A stretch of DNA of 64,000 nucleotides from Vicugna vicugna (Eukaryota): NCBI GenBank assembly GCA_013265495.1, contig MU057700.1, positions 589,502 through 653,501 on the forward strand, given 5' to 3'. Shown piece by piece: positions 52,271 to 64,000 of this stretch (position 1 is the stretch's first letter; each line of letters begins with the position of its first letter). The notes under the pieces are model-generated. The model saw only the letters and a list, made by a program, of their open reading frames with translations. It made no database searches and was not told the DNA's origin. The position numbers were made by a program, and so were the translations under genes.

Positions 52271-52924
52271 AACTCAAAATGGATCATAGACTCAAATGTA
52301 AAATGTAGAAATATTAAAATTTTAGGAAAAAAAATAGAAGAAAATCTCTGGGGTCTAGGGTATGGCAAAGAGATCTTAGACTTGACCAAAAAAGCATAAT
52401 CCATAACAAGAAAAATTGGCAAGTTTGACCTCATCAAAATTGCAAAACTCTTACTCTGCAAAACAAGTTGGTACTAAAATTAAATTAGAGAAGAATAGTA
52501 AAATGGGATGCAAGACAGTGATCTGAGGTGTTTCTTGAGAAAAGTTTATTGATATTCATTAACTTCAGCCTTTTTAAAGCAAATTAAACCACAAAGATAA
52601 AACTCAAAATGGATCATAGACTCAAATGTAAAATGTAGAAATATTAAAATTTTAGGAATAGAAGAAAATCTCTGGCTCTGGGGTTAAGGGAATGAGATCT
52701 TAGACTTGACCAAAAAAGCATAATCCATAACAAGAAAAATTGGCAAGTTTGACCTCATCAAAATTGCAAAACTCTTACTCTGCAAAACAAGTTGGTACTA
52801 AAATTAAATTAGAGAAGAATAGTAAAATGGGATGCAAGACAGTGATCTGAGGTGTTTCTTGAGAAAAGTTTATTGATATTCATTAACTTCAGCCTTTTTA
52901 AAGCAAATTAAACCACAAAGATAA
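52271..52924. repeat. About 330-bp tandem duplication
   Basis: 52271-52600 repeated at 52601-52924; identical apart from a shortened A-run and one cluster of changes. Confidence 0.95.
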
Positions 52925-54510
52925 AGAATAAAATTGCTATCATTTGTCCATAGAAAACCCAAAGGAATCCACAGATAAATTTTAAATGAATAAATGATTT
53001 TAGCAAAATTGCTAGATAAAAGATCAATACAGAAGTAACAATTGCATTGTTATGTATCTGCAACAAACATGAATTTTTAAATTTTCAAGTGATATCATAT
53101 ACAGAACCATCAAAAAAGAAATCAAATGCAAAGGAAATAAATCTAAACAAAACATGTGCTGGAGCTCTACACAGAAACACAATATCTAAATAACTGGAAA
53201 AATATACCATGTTCTCAGATTGGAAGATTTAATACAGTGAAGATGTTAATCATTCCCACATTGATCTATAGATTCAATGTAATCAATCAATCACAGACAA
53301 AATCCCGCCAGGGTTTTTAGAGGGACTTGACAAACTCATTCTAAAAATGTGTAGAAGAAAAATGAAATGGCCCCCAAATAGCTAAGACATGCTTTAAGAA
53401 GACATGCAGGGTGAGGAGACTTGTTCTACCAGATAGCAATAAAGATTATTTTAAGCTGTTTAACAGAGTGGTCTTGGTGCAGGAATGGACAAACAGATTA
53501 GTAGAACAGAGTGGAGAGGCCAGAACCAGTCTCGTGCATCCACGGGCACTTGATTTTAGCCAGAGAACAAAGGATGGAGTTTTCAATAAATGGTTTTCAA
53601 TAAATGGCCCTGGGACAATCAGATATCCACAGGCAGAAAAAATAAAGCTTGACTCTTACTTCACAACATACATAAAAATCAATTTCATGTGTATTGAAGA
53701 TAATATAGGAGAATGATTTGGGAAGTAAGGAAAGACTTCTTAAACAGGATACAAAAAGCACTAACCATAGAGAAAGGTTACTAAATTGTACCACATTAAA
53801 GTTAAAAATATCTTTTCATTAAAAGATACCCCTAAAAGAGAGAAAAAGCCACCTATGGACTGGGAGAATATATTTACAATACATGTAAAAAACCAGATTA
53901 CTTTAATTCCTTCTATATATCTTACTGACCAATAAGGAAGAGGCAGGTAAATCAAAAGAAAACCAGCCTAGAAAATAAAATGCAGAATTCATATAAGAGG
54001 AGATGCCAGTGGCTAACATACACATGCAAAATTACTCAATCTCATCAGTAGTTCAGGGATATGCAAATTGACACCTCTTTCAGCTGCTATTACACATCCA
54101 CCAGACTGGCTAAAATTTAAAAGACTAACAATATCAAGTATTGACAAGACTGTGGAGCAAGGGGTAGGTACTCACACACTGCTGGCAAGAGTTTATATTG
54201 TACAGCTATTTTGGAAATCTGATAGCATCACTGAATGCAATTTAATATAAGCATATCTTATGGCCCAGAAAGTTTGCTCTTAGGTATATACCCAATATAA
54301 ATGTGTGGACATGTGTCTCGAGAGTCATATACAAGAATGGTCACTGCAGCATTATTCATAATAACGAAGGATCAGAAACAAGCCAAATAGTCATCAACAA
54401 TAGGATGGATAGAGGATGACATAGTCATTCAGTGAAATATTATATAACAGTGAAAATGAATACATGACAGATACAGGCAACAATAGAGATAAATCTAACA
54501 AGCAAGGTAT

Positions 54511-54646
54511 TTTATTTATTTGTTTGTTTTACTTTTGAAGGGGGGAGGTAATTGGGTTTATTTATTTTAACGGAGGTACTGGGGATTGAACCCAGGACCT
54601 TGTACATGCTAAGCACGCACTCTACCACTGAGCTATAACCTCTCCC
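54511..54646 (-). mobile_element. tRNA-derived SINE (camelid type)
   Basis: Reverse: tatagctcagtggtagagtgcgtgcttagcatgtacaaggtcctgggttcaatcccc; degenerate TSD tctaacaagcaaggtat / tctaccaaacaagatac. Confidence 0.92.
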
Positions 54647-55074
54647 TCTACCAAACAAGATACTGAGTGCAAAAAGTGAGGCATATAATAATTCATACTG
54701 TATATTTGCTTATAACACATCATTGATGAAAAGAGTACATATCAAAACCTGAGAAATGCAGCTGAAAGGTACTTCTAAGGAAACTTATAAATTTTAATGT
54801 TATCTATTAGAAAAGAATACTTAGAGCCCAAATGAAGCAGTTAATAAAAATAAAATAATAAATCTCTAGAATGAAGAAGGAAATAATCAAGATTAGAGCA
54901 AACATTAATGCAACAGAAAAAGAAGATAAAATAGAAAGGATCAACCAAACCAAAAAGGCAGTCCTTTGAAAACACTAATAAAAATAAATGACAAAGAGAA
55001 TGAAAAGAGAAAAAGGATTAACAAATAGTATAAGGACTCAAAAAAGTATATAATTTTTTTCCTTTTCTCACAGG

Positions 55075-55307
55075 TTTTTTTTCTTGAAGTATAGTTGATG
55101 TACAATATTATACAAGTTACAAGTGTACAATATAGTGATTCACAATTTTTAAAGGTTATATTCCATTTACAGTTATTATAAAATAGTGGCTGTATTCTCC
55201 ATGGTGTACAATCTATCCTTAGAGCTTATTTTATACCTAATAGTTTGTACCTCTTCATCCCCGGCTTCTATTACTGTCCCCTTCCCACTGGTAACCACCA
55301 GTTTGTT
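55075..55307 (-). mobile_element. Short antisense L1 3' end
   Basis: ttttcttgaagtatagttgatgtacaatatt...ggtaaccaccagtttgtt. Confidence 0.88.
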
Positions 55308-57390
55308 AAAAGAGGATATAATCTTAAATATAACAAAAAAGTTTTAAATGTAACTATAGATCATTAGTACGCCAATGTCTTTGAAAACTTTGACAAAATG
55401 GACAATAACTTGAAGAAACAAAATTTGTCATCTTACAAAGAAATAGAAAACTGAATATGCTTCAAAACTTGAGGATTTAAAATCTGCTCACAGAACCAAC
55501 CACCATAAAATCAGATCCAAAGATCCACAGATGCTTTCAGACATACAATGTTGTCCCAGACCAGCTCTGTCAGTTTGTGGACAAGGGGACCTGGCATGTC
55601 TGTGATGCTCAGGGTCTCCCCTGGGCAGGGTCCACCCAGCCGGCCCTCCTCCTCCAGCGCCCTTTGCTTTGTCTCTCACCCTTGCACACTCACACTCATG
55701 CCACCAAGGGAGGTAATGAGATCGCCATTCACTTGGGGAACCAACAGCTACACTGTCTCCACTGGTTCACTCTGGTCTCCCTGTGAAGCAGCGAATGGCA
55801 CACCTCAAGGACCCCCTTCCCTCCAATGTCCCCTGCGTGGCCCTGATAGTCCCCTCACTCGGCTCCCTCTACCCTCCTGCTGTCCATGCCCAGACCCCCT
55901 TCAGGGGGCCCCCTGGCTCTTCCCCGCCCCCGCCTGCCACCTGCCCTCAGCCTCGGCCCTTCTTGCTCTGCCCACTCCCAGGGGCCTCTGGACCTTCAGT
56001 GACCAACTCACTAGGAACCCTCCCATCACGGTGACTTCTTCAGTCTCACCCCGTCAAGGACACCTCTGTTCCATGGTCCAACACAGAGCTAGTCAGCTCC
56101 CCTGGAGAAACAGATCTCATCTACCCGCCCCTGGACACCCTACTGTGACCTTGGGCAGGTCCCTGCCTCACCCCAGTGCCTGGTGGGTCCCCAAGTCCTT
56201 GATCATGGCTCCTCTATGCCTCCTCTTCCCCTCTGTAGCCGACTTAAGGGACTGACTCCAGCCTTGGTCACCGGAAGCCTCCTGGCTGACGTCTGCCTTC
56301 CCTGCTCGTCATCTGCCAGCACAGCCTCAGGACCTGTCAGAAGCACAGTCTGAACAAACCTATCCACGGCGCCACACCACACTAGGGCCCAGGTTAAGCT
56401 CCTGGGAGTGTCTGTCGCCCTCTGAGCCTCGCCTGATTGCCTGGCCTCTCCTCTTACAACCACACCCTGCCTCCCAGTGGGAGGACCAACCATCCCAGTT
56501 GAGCCCAGATGGAGCGATTTCCTGGCCCTGTAGGACTTTTGGTGCTAAAAGCAAGGAAGTCCTGGTCAGAGGGACCACGTCCCTGCCCCTGGTCTTGTGC
56601 TGGCCTCGTCTCAGCCTGGACTGCCCTCTTTCCCTGAGGGCCAGCTCATCCTGCTCCAGGACTCACTCAGGGGAGCCTGTCGCCCCCCCCACCCCCCACC
56701 CAGTGGGGTGGGGCTCATGTGTGATCCTGTAGTCCGAGAACTTAATGCCTTACCCCTGCAGGCTTTGGCTCCTGCGGGGAAGGGACCTTAGTATTTAACT
56801 CTGCATCCCCCGTCTAGTTAGCACCTGCAGTGATGGGGAGGTATTCGCTTATAGCTTGTTTAGTGAGCATGAAAGATGGATTTGGTGTGTCTCTGACCTC
56901 AGCCTCATTGTCCCTTGAGGGAAGTGGGACCACGGAGAACATGGTAAAGCTCAGTGCCTGATTCTCATGACTCACATCCACCTACAGAAAGCCTGCAGTC
57001 AGCACAGAGGGTCCCTTGTCCCCTGCAGAGAATTAGCACAGTCCCACAGCTCCAAATCCCCTGTCCTCTGACAGGAGGATGTCCCTGGCCATCCTAAAGG
57101 ACACTGGCCTTCTGTCCCTGCCATATAGCCTCACTCACCACTGTTTCTAGCTGCCTGAGGGGCACTTCCAGTTGTCACCACTTAAGTCATAACAGAGACA
57201 GGGGTTGGGTGCAAGAGCTACCCCATGAACCTCCCAGGAGTGACTGTGGACCAGTTCCTGGGTGATGCCCACCAAGATGGTGGAAGGGGCTCATCTTCAG
57301 GCACCGTGTTGGCACCGGGGGCTCCCAGGATCCCACAAGCTGAGGCCACAGATGGCTTACCAGGCCCTCAGCCACACTCCTAACTCTTAC

Positions 57391-57609
57391 TAGGGGCCAG
57401 GCAGACTGCAGCTAGCACTGTGGAAGTACCAGGGAAGGAAGACAGCTGGGCTCTAGGTGGGCAGGAAGCAAGACACTGTCACCAGGAGAGGAAAGCAGAA
57501 GATGCTCCAGGGATGGCAAGCCAGAGCTGGATGCTCCAGCCCCTCAGAGTCCTGTGAAGGCCTTGCTGCGCGCCTGCGCTGCCCTGGGCAGTCTCTGCCT
57601 CAGTGCCTT
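57391..57609 (-). other. Candidate exon with frameshifted signal-peptide-like sequence
   Basis: Branch-point-like ctaac/ctaat plus tctcttcttcatcttacag acceptor at 57610; CTA|gtaaga donor at 57390; reads QLWLAIPG / IFCFPLLVTVSCFLP in two frames, no ATG. Confidence 0.35.
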
Positions 57610-58119
57610 CTGTAAGATGAAGAAGAGACAGATTAGTCTGTTAGCCTGGGTGAGCACTGGCTGCCCTGCCCAGGGCGACTCCTGATGGGGACTCACAGTT
57701 CTCCAAGCCCCCTGCTGCTCCATAGACCTTCCAACCCAGCCCTGCTCCCCGGGAGGTGGGAGGCTGTGCTCTGTCCTCTGTGCCCTGACAGGGGCATGTG
57801 CATCCTTGCCACCCCTTCATTACCATGACCCTGCTGCTGCCTACCCAGGGCCCACCCTCTGTTCCTCTCTACTCCAGTTCACAACTTGTGTCCCCCAAGA
57901 ACCTGAGCCCCACGAGGACAGACAGGTGGCTGGACCACCCCTGGATCCCTAGACTCGTGCCCAGCAGGGGGAGGTGCTCAGGGAGTATTTGTTGGGTGAC
58001 CAAAAGGGAACAGTTAGTGCTTAGAGAGTATTCCGACTTCATTCCAACAAGGATAGTTCATCTGTCTTGTTTGGTTGGTTTTTCATGACTGGCTGGGCTG
58101 TTGTGATTGCCTTCATAAC

Positions 58120-58584
58120 TGTATTAGTCAGAGTTCTCAAGAGAAATAGAACCAATAGGATGTAAATATAAAAGGAAGCTTATTATGAAGAATTGGTTCA
58201 TGTGATGATGGAGGCTGAGAAGTCCCAGGGTATGCAAGCCAGAGACTCAGGAGACCCAAGGGTGTAGTTCCAGCCTGAGTCCAAAGGCCTGAGAAATGGA
58301 AAGCTGATGGTTTAAGCCCTCGTCCAAGGACAGGAGAGGACTGACATCCCAGCTCAATCAGACAGGCAGGAAGGGAATGAATCCTTACTCCACTTTTTGT
58401 TCTATTCAGCCCTTCAACTGCTTATACAAGGCCCACCCATGTAGGGAGAGCAATCTGCTTTCTTTAGTCTACCAGTTAAAATCCTAATTTCCTACTAAAC
58501 ACTCTCACATACATACCCAGGAATAGTGTTTAATCTGGGTGCCGCCTAACCCAGTCAAGTTGACACATAAATTTAGCCATCATG
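58120..58584 (-). mobile_element. MLT2 (ERVL) solo LTR
   Basis: tgtattagtcagagttctc...cccagtcaagttgacacataaatttagccatca; imperfect TSD ataac/atatc. Confidence 0.9.
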
Positions 58585-60500
58585 ATATCTTAGTTATCTG
58601 TACCACACATCTGGCCCACAATCCTGGAGGACTGTTCTTTTGAGACAGGCCACCAGAACTTCAGACACTTTATCAACCAAAAGGACCTCCATCCATCATC
58701 CTAAACATGCCAGTCACTACACGGCCTGTTCCAGGCTCACAGAGCTCTAAGGGGACAGTATGGAGTTTGTAGGCCACACAACTCCCTAGTGGGGAGCTGC
58801 AGTCTGAACTCTGGTCCAGTCTGCTTCAAAGCCAAAGCTCCCAACCATTGGTTCATTGACTCTCAAGGACAGGCCAGCCTGGGGCACTTGAAACTTCCCT
58901 GGTCACCTGATGACACCATGCCAGGTGCTGCAGAGCCTGGCACATGACAGAAGTGACACACACCCAGGGGACTGTAACCTGCCTTCTAAAATCCTTTGAT
59001 GAGGGGCTTATATATGTATCTATACCTTTATCTGTCTGAATGAATTTGTGGCGACCTACAATATAACACAAAGGTAAGAAAACTGAACACCATCACAGCT
59101 AGACAATGGTGTTGTGTGTGTGTGTTTATGTAACAGGATCTCACAAATACCTATTTATTGGCACACGCAGGCACACATGTGCGTGGCATCCACACGCCCA
59201 CACACACGCAGGTCTGCCTAGTCCTCTGGAAATTGTACCGGCCAGCCTCCTGACCATCAGCATCTGACTCGCCTTGCATTTGGAAAATGTATTTGATGGG
59301 AAGGTCCAGGAAAAGAAAAGGGCAGTATGAGGCTTCAATGATTTCTTAAGGACATGTTGCTAAATGATTTAATCCCTTCCTGAGACACTGCCCATGAATT
59401 GATGACCTCTGCTTTTCCTTTCTCCAGTCTGATGAGCAATGGCTTTTCTGACAGGCCAGTAAATTTCTCCCACTGCTTCTGTTAAGAAAAAATTTTTAAA
59501 AGACGAGGGGGAAGTGCTTTATTGCGAAGCACTCCGCACCCTGCCCCCTTTCTGCACAGAGCATAAAGCTACAGGGGAAGGAAGGACAAGCTGGTGGCCG
59601 TGCTCCCAGGATGAGCCAAGTCCCGTTAAATTAAAACAAATGAAGGCGACTTCCAGCTGGTGACTCACACACAAAGGAGGCTGGAGACAAGGGGATGGCT
59701 GGCTGCCTTCCGGAACTGTGCCCAGGCTCTGCAATGAGGCAGGAAAAGAGCACCTCCCTGCCTCCCACTCCTTCCAGAGCACCCTGAAACACTACACTCA
59801 CAGCCAAAGGGGCTGAGGGGATCCCAGAGACCAGAGGGGAACCCCAGTCACTGGCCAGAGCCTACCATCCCACAAACACAATCAGTCTGACAACCACCTA
59901 CTGTGCCTAGCTGTGGCCCAGGTACACAGCCAGCCTGTGCCTGCAGGGACACCTCTACCAGGAAGTCCCCTAGGATGCAGAGCAAAAGAAGTGCTGTGCA
60001 GAGGCCTGCAAGGGAAGGCTCCAGGGAGGGGACAGTGCCTGATCAATGGGACTGGCTGTCAGCCAAGGCACCTCAAGAGGAGGGTGCAGTGGGCAAAAGG
60101 CTGAGGAGATGCTGGCTGTGAGGGTCTTCAGAGTAGGAAGAGCCAGGAAGGGTCTTGCTCAGTGCCTGTGACTCAGCCCCTCCCTGTCTCTGACTGCACA
60201 ACAAAACCTCTCGCTGGTGCAGCACTCCCACCCCACCCCAGGGCATCCTCCAGGGCTTATCCAGTGTGGACCAGTGTGGAGGGCAGTGTGTTGCCACTGC
60301 GGGACATGTCCTTGGAACCTTCCTTCTCACGTGTGGGCAAATTTCTTTGTGGCCGACCTTCCAGGGCTGAGTGGGGAGCTCACCCACCTGGTCCTTCAGA
60401 TCCCAGGATGATGCCATGTGCCCCCAACCCCTGTCCAGGCGTCAGACTTGCCCCTGCCCCCAGGCATCTGGTGCCTGAGTGGGAATAAAGCACAGTGCAG

Positions 60501-60633
60501 GGAGAAGGGTATAGCTCAGTGGCAGAGAGCGTGCTTAGCATGCACAAGGTCCTGGGTTCAATCCCCGGCACCTTCGCTAAAAATACTAAATAAATAAACC
60601 TAATAATCACTCCTCCCATAAAAAAAATAAACA
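60501..60633 (+). mobile_element. tRNA-derived SINE (camelid type)
   Basis: ggtatagctcagtggcagagagcgtgcttagcatgcacaaggtcctgggttcaatcccc; 14-bp TSD aaagcaca(g/a)tgcag at 60487-60500 and 60634-60647. Confidence 0.94.
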
Positions 60634-61580
60634 AAAGCACAATGCAGTGTCCAGGCCTCAATTCCACAAGATGTGCCCCCGAAACCATTCCCAGACAGGC
60701 CCGGTTGGCCTCCAAACTCGGGGTGGGGAATTGCAGATGGACAGGGACAGTCCCCTTTCACCAGCAAAATCGGGGCCAAGACTTGAGTAGAAAACAATCT
60801 GAGTTTCTTAGCAAAAAAACCCCCTGAAATTAGAAGGAAAACAGACTAGAAAATAATTCTATCAAATATGACTGACCTATAACTAATTTTATAATACATT
60901 AAAAATTCCCTGAAATTTTAATGAATTCAGCAAGTCCCTGACTGATAAAGGTGCAATGAGAATGAACAGATAGTTAATGAGAATGAAACATAAATAGCAA
61001 AAAAAAAAAAAAAAAGACAAGAACAAAAAACTAAAGCAAACTGTCCAATCACATAGCCGTCAAAGAAATTCAGACTGAGTGCTATTCCACATTCATGTCT
61101 TAATGCAAACCCAACGTGACAAGTTTGGGTGCAGGAGCAAGTGCCTGGGGCAGTGGCCCGCAAACTGGCCCTGTCCTTCGGCTGGCCCCACACATCACCT
61201 GCGTTCAAACCCTCCTCCTCTGATGCACCACCTCCACATTTGGACCATTACCTTGTGGAAATGATTTAAGAGAAAGGAACAGCTGTATGCACTATTGCAC
61301 TATCTTCATCGGGGGAAAAAATTAGGGACAATCTGAGTCCCAGTGAGAGGTAGGAAGGCAACCAGCAGACACACGCTCATGTAAGCCTGAGGCTTCTCTT
61401 TCTGGCACAAGGTTAATGAGCAAAGCACGAGGCAGACACATCCAATGTCACCTCAAGTACCTTCCAAGACAACCAAGAAATATGAAAGTAGTGACAGCTG
61501 AGTAAGAAGTGTGGGGTTGTGGACTGGTTTTCCCTCCTGTGCATGGTGAGTTTCAGTCATGCTAATTTGCAACACTTCTG

Positions 61581-61586
61581 TTTATT
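61581..61586 (-). promoter_or_regulatory. Candidate polyadenylation signal for the window-end gene
   Basis: Minus-strand AATAAA about 770 nt after the predicted stop at 62357. Confidence 0.3.
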
Positions 61587-62356
61587 TCTAGTGTCCATGT
61601 CATAGGACATGCCGTGATGGCCCCATTGGTGTGCGCTCCTTCACATCTGCTCCCTGGTTGCCATGCCTGAGGTCAATGGCCCCCCCTCTTTCTCAGTCCA
61701 CAAGCCATCACCTATCCTTGGCAGAGAGTCCTTCAAGGACACAGTCACCTCCTATCACTTTTTACTCACTCTTCATGCCTGACCTCCTTTCAGGAAAGAT
61801 GTCCCACAATCAGAAATAACAGGGAAAAAATGTACATAAAATGAGCAACTGGCTATTTGACAAAGAAAGAGATAAGGGGCTGTACCAGAGAACCAGGCCA
61901 AGAAAGGTAGGTGTAGAGTTGAGCATAAAACTTGGCACTGAGCTTCCTGGAAGCCAAGGCAAAAAGGAAAACAGGATATATCATAACCCTCATGATCCAG
62001 GACAAGAAGTCATAATCACTTGCTGAGAATGATCAGTTATTTTCTCATCCCACTCCCAGGGACCTGTTACTCCATGTTTGCTCATATGAAGGGCCTGAAA
62101 ACATCCAAGGGTCTCCATTGGCTTCCTGACTAACACAGAAACATTCTTCGTGTGACCCCGTTTTGCCCCAATCTCACCAAAATGCCTGGCTAAGTTCTGG
62201 TTCTCTGATTTCTGTAGGAGCTCCATAATATAATCCAGACAAGTTGTCTTCTGAGTTAATCCAAAAGTGAATATTGTCAGAAATGGGTGGTAGTCTTGGC
62301 CAACACCCCTGGTTCCCTGACACAATCTGGTTTTCCATTCTGTGATAAGCATGAAC

Positions 62357-63853
62357 TTAGAGGAGGCATAAGAAGTGCTTGGGCTCCTGGGCCAGGAGGT
62401 AGGTGGACGTCTGCCTCTTAGGGATCCTGATCCCTTCTGGGGCACAGAAAACTTCACTTCTATGTAGCCCGAAGGCACCTGGAGGACTCGGGCAAGCAGC
62501 AGGAAGGAGGGGGCTGCCAGCCCTTGATGCTTTCCCAGTAAGCTCTTAGTATGTGGGGACCCAGCTCTCCCAAGAGAGCCGACCCTGCCCTCCGCTGACA
62601 CCCCTTTCTTCTCACAGCATGCCCTGTGGAGGGAGGGGCAGGAGGCCAGACAAACCTGGCTTCAGTCCCAGCCCTGCTTCCGTGTCAGATTTGTCACTGG
62701 GGATGGGTCACCTGGGAACAGTCATGGAGCCTCCTGGAGCCCCGTTTCCTCCCATGTCACCAGAAGGAGTGTAACCTGCAAAATTATTTTAGGGAATTGA
62801 TGGTATGTAAAGCTCCTGGCACGTCATAGGCTCTCAACACGTAGGAACAGCATTTTTTTCCCTAATTTCATGGGCTTCATCCTGATGCACAGAGAGAAAG
62901 ACCGCCCACCTCTCATTTCAGGAAAGGAACTCCTGAAAGTGCTAAGTAGGAAATGGAGAGAATTCACAAGTGGGGCTTGAATGGAACATGAGGGGCATGG
63001 ACAGGTTGGTGGTGGAAATTAATGATGATGTGGCCGTGTCATCATCACCATCCTCGCCATTATTGCCCCTATGTCCAAGGCCCTGCCAGTTCTTTGTCCA
63101 ACTGGCAGCTGCTCCGTGTGGGCGGACAGCGGGGAGGTTGAGTGGGCTGGGGACTTCTGCTGAAGCCAGTGAGATCTGTCTGGGGACCCCCAGCCCCTGA
63201 GCAGACCCAGGCCCAGAGCCCAGGCTTTAAGAGGCTCCCAGGGGACAGCTGACATTGCTCAGCATCTCCTTCCTCACAGCTCTTCTCACAGAAGCCACAG
63301 TGTGCTACCTGAGGGCACGACGGACGGAGTGGGCCAGGCCAGAGGGGATTCCACTCAGCCCACACGGAGGGGGCACGCGGGACAGGCCTCTTGTGCCCTT
63401 GGAGCCAGGCCCTGGGTGCCTGGATGGATACACTTGGAAAAGTGGTTCTGGCCGCTGCCTGGGAAACCTTCACTCCCCACAGGGACTGCCTCTTCTGCAT
63501 CATCCTCGCCTTCAACCTCTAGTCCATGCCTGGCTGGGAAAACCCAGACCCTCAAATCAGCCCCAGACCCTGAGGGCTGCCCACCCTGCATGGCCCCAAT
63601 ACCCCTGTTCTCCCGACTATACCTTACACTTGTCTCTGGAAGGCCGGTCCCCATGTTTTCAGACTTCAGGACACAAAGTTGCCTCTGAGGTGAGTCCTGG
63701 GTACAGACTGGAGTGAGGAGGTCAGGGCACAGGGAAACCCAGGAGCAAGGTGCACCCCAGCCCTCCCTGTATCTACTTCCTGGCATATTTCACCCCAACA
63801 GTCCCCTCTCACCCTGATTCCCCGTGTTTGTCGAGGATACACTCTGGGCAGTC
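62357..63853 (-). CDS. Last four predicted coding exons of an unidentified gene (63813-63853, 63628-63707, 63254-63308, 62357-62478)
   Basis: Each has a pyrimidine tract plus cag; donors gtgaga, gtaagg, gtcagc (weak). Phases join into one frame: TAQSVSSTNTGNQ-VCTQDSPQRQLCVLKSENMGTGLPETS-VAHCGFCEKSCEEGDAEQ-CAFGLHRSEVF...KHFLCLL*. Third exon could instead read through to a stop at 63069. Confidence 0.45.
62645..62840. mobile_element. MIR fragment
   Basis: cagacaaacctggcttcagtcccagccctgc...gagccccgtttcctc...atgtaaagctcctggcacgtcataggctctcaa. Confidence 0.7.
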
Positions 63854-64000
63854 CTGGGGAGAGAACCCAAGGGAATTAACACGACTCTTTTGTTCTGATT
63901 ACAGCTTATTATCATAATGGAGAGACTTTCTGGACTCTCCCCAATTTTCCTCTCTCCTTAAAATTTTCAATTAAGAGCCTAACCTAGATGGAAAATGGCC

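Larger units (their letters stand above)
47270..52460 (+). mobile_element. Older near-full-length L1 relic (5'UTR part, ORF1, degraded ORF2)
   Basis: ORF1-like 47790-48720, endonuclease start near 49200 (aaatgtaaatgctctaaat), RT motif ctgtttgcagatgacatgattgtctac (LFADDMIVY) near 51490. Confidence 0.9.
52925..55470 (+). mobile_element. Old L1M ORF2/3' fragments
   Basis: tagaaaacccaaaggaatccacag, ggaaaaatataccatgttctcagattggaag and further degenerate L1 motifs. Confidence 0.8.

Noticed and set aside
55548..56255. Longest ORF in the track (235 aa)
   Set aside because: Pro/Ser/Leu-rich translation of C-rich DNA, no recognisable domain or splice context; likely chance.
59200..59720. Possible conserved enhancer-like unique sequence
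   Set aside because: Cannot be supported without conservation or chromatin data.
60501..60575. tRNA-Ala gene (also 50444, 54646, 38106)
   Set aside because: AT-rich tails, TSDs and broken stems identify these as SINEs.
61990..62601. 203-aa ORF with SH3-like VPSGYIEV
   Set aside because: Crosses a splice acceptor, rest has no SH3 features; the upstream exons select a different frame.
1..64000. CRISPR arrays, operons or other prokaryotic systems
   Set aside because: No regularly spaced repeats or gene-dense ORFs; content is mammalian throughout.

Overview
Mammalian genomic DNA, most likely camelid (inferred from four short tRNA-Ala-like SINEs with camelid-type tails; no Alu, Bov-tA/BovB or PRE1 seen). 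About 14-55 kb is a stack of nested, mostly plus-strand LINE-1 insertions of different ages with MLT1/MLT2/MER21-type LTRs, MIR/L2 and DNA-transposon relics. No complete intact gene is present. Main observations: (1) a complex near-identical rearrangement in the first 6.1 kb (1600-bp, 142-bp and 46-bp copied pieces), real or misassembled; (2) two diverged copies of a composite ORF1-only (HAL1-like) L1 derivative that share the same antisense-L1 junctions; (3) a disrupted short cTAGE/MIA2-derived retrocopy at 34 kb; (4) a TSD-flanked retrocopy of an mRNA 3' end carrying a Tigger fragment; (5) scattered minus-strand exon relics that may be a decayed SEA-domain/mucin-like membrane protein gene; (6) four in-frame minus-strand exons at the window end, the 3' end of a gene I cannot name. 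Repeat subfamily names come from recalled consensus sequences, not from a search.
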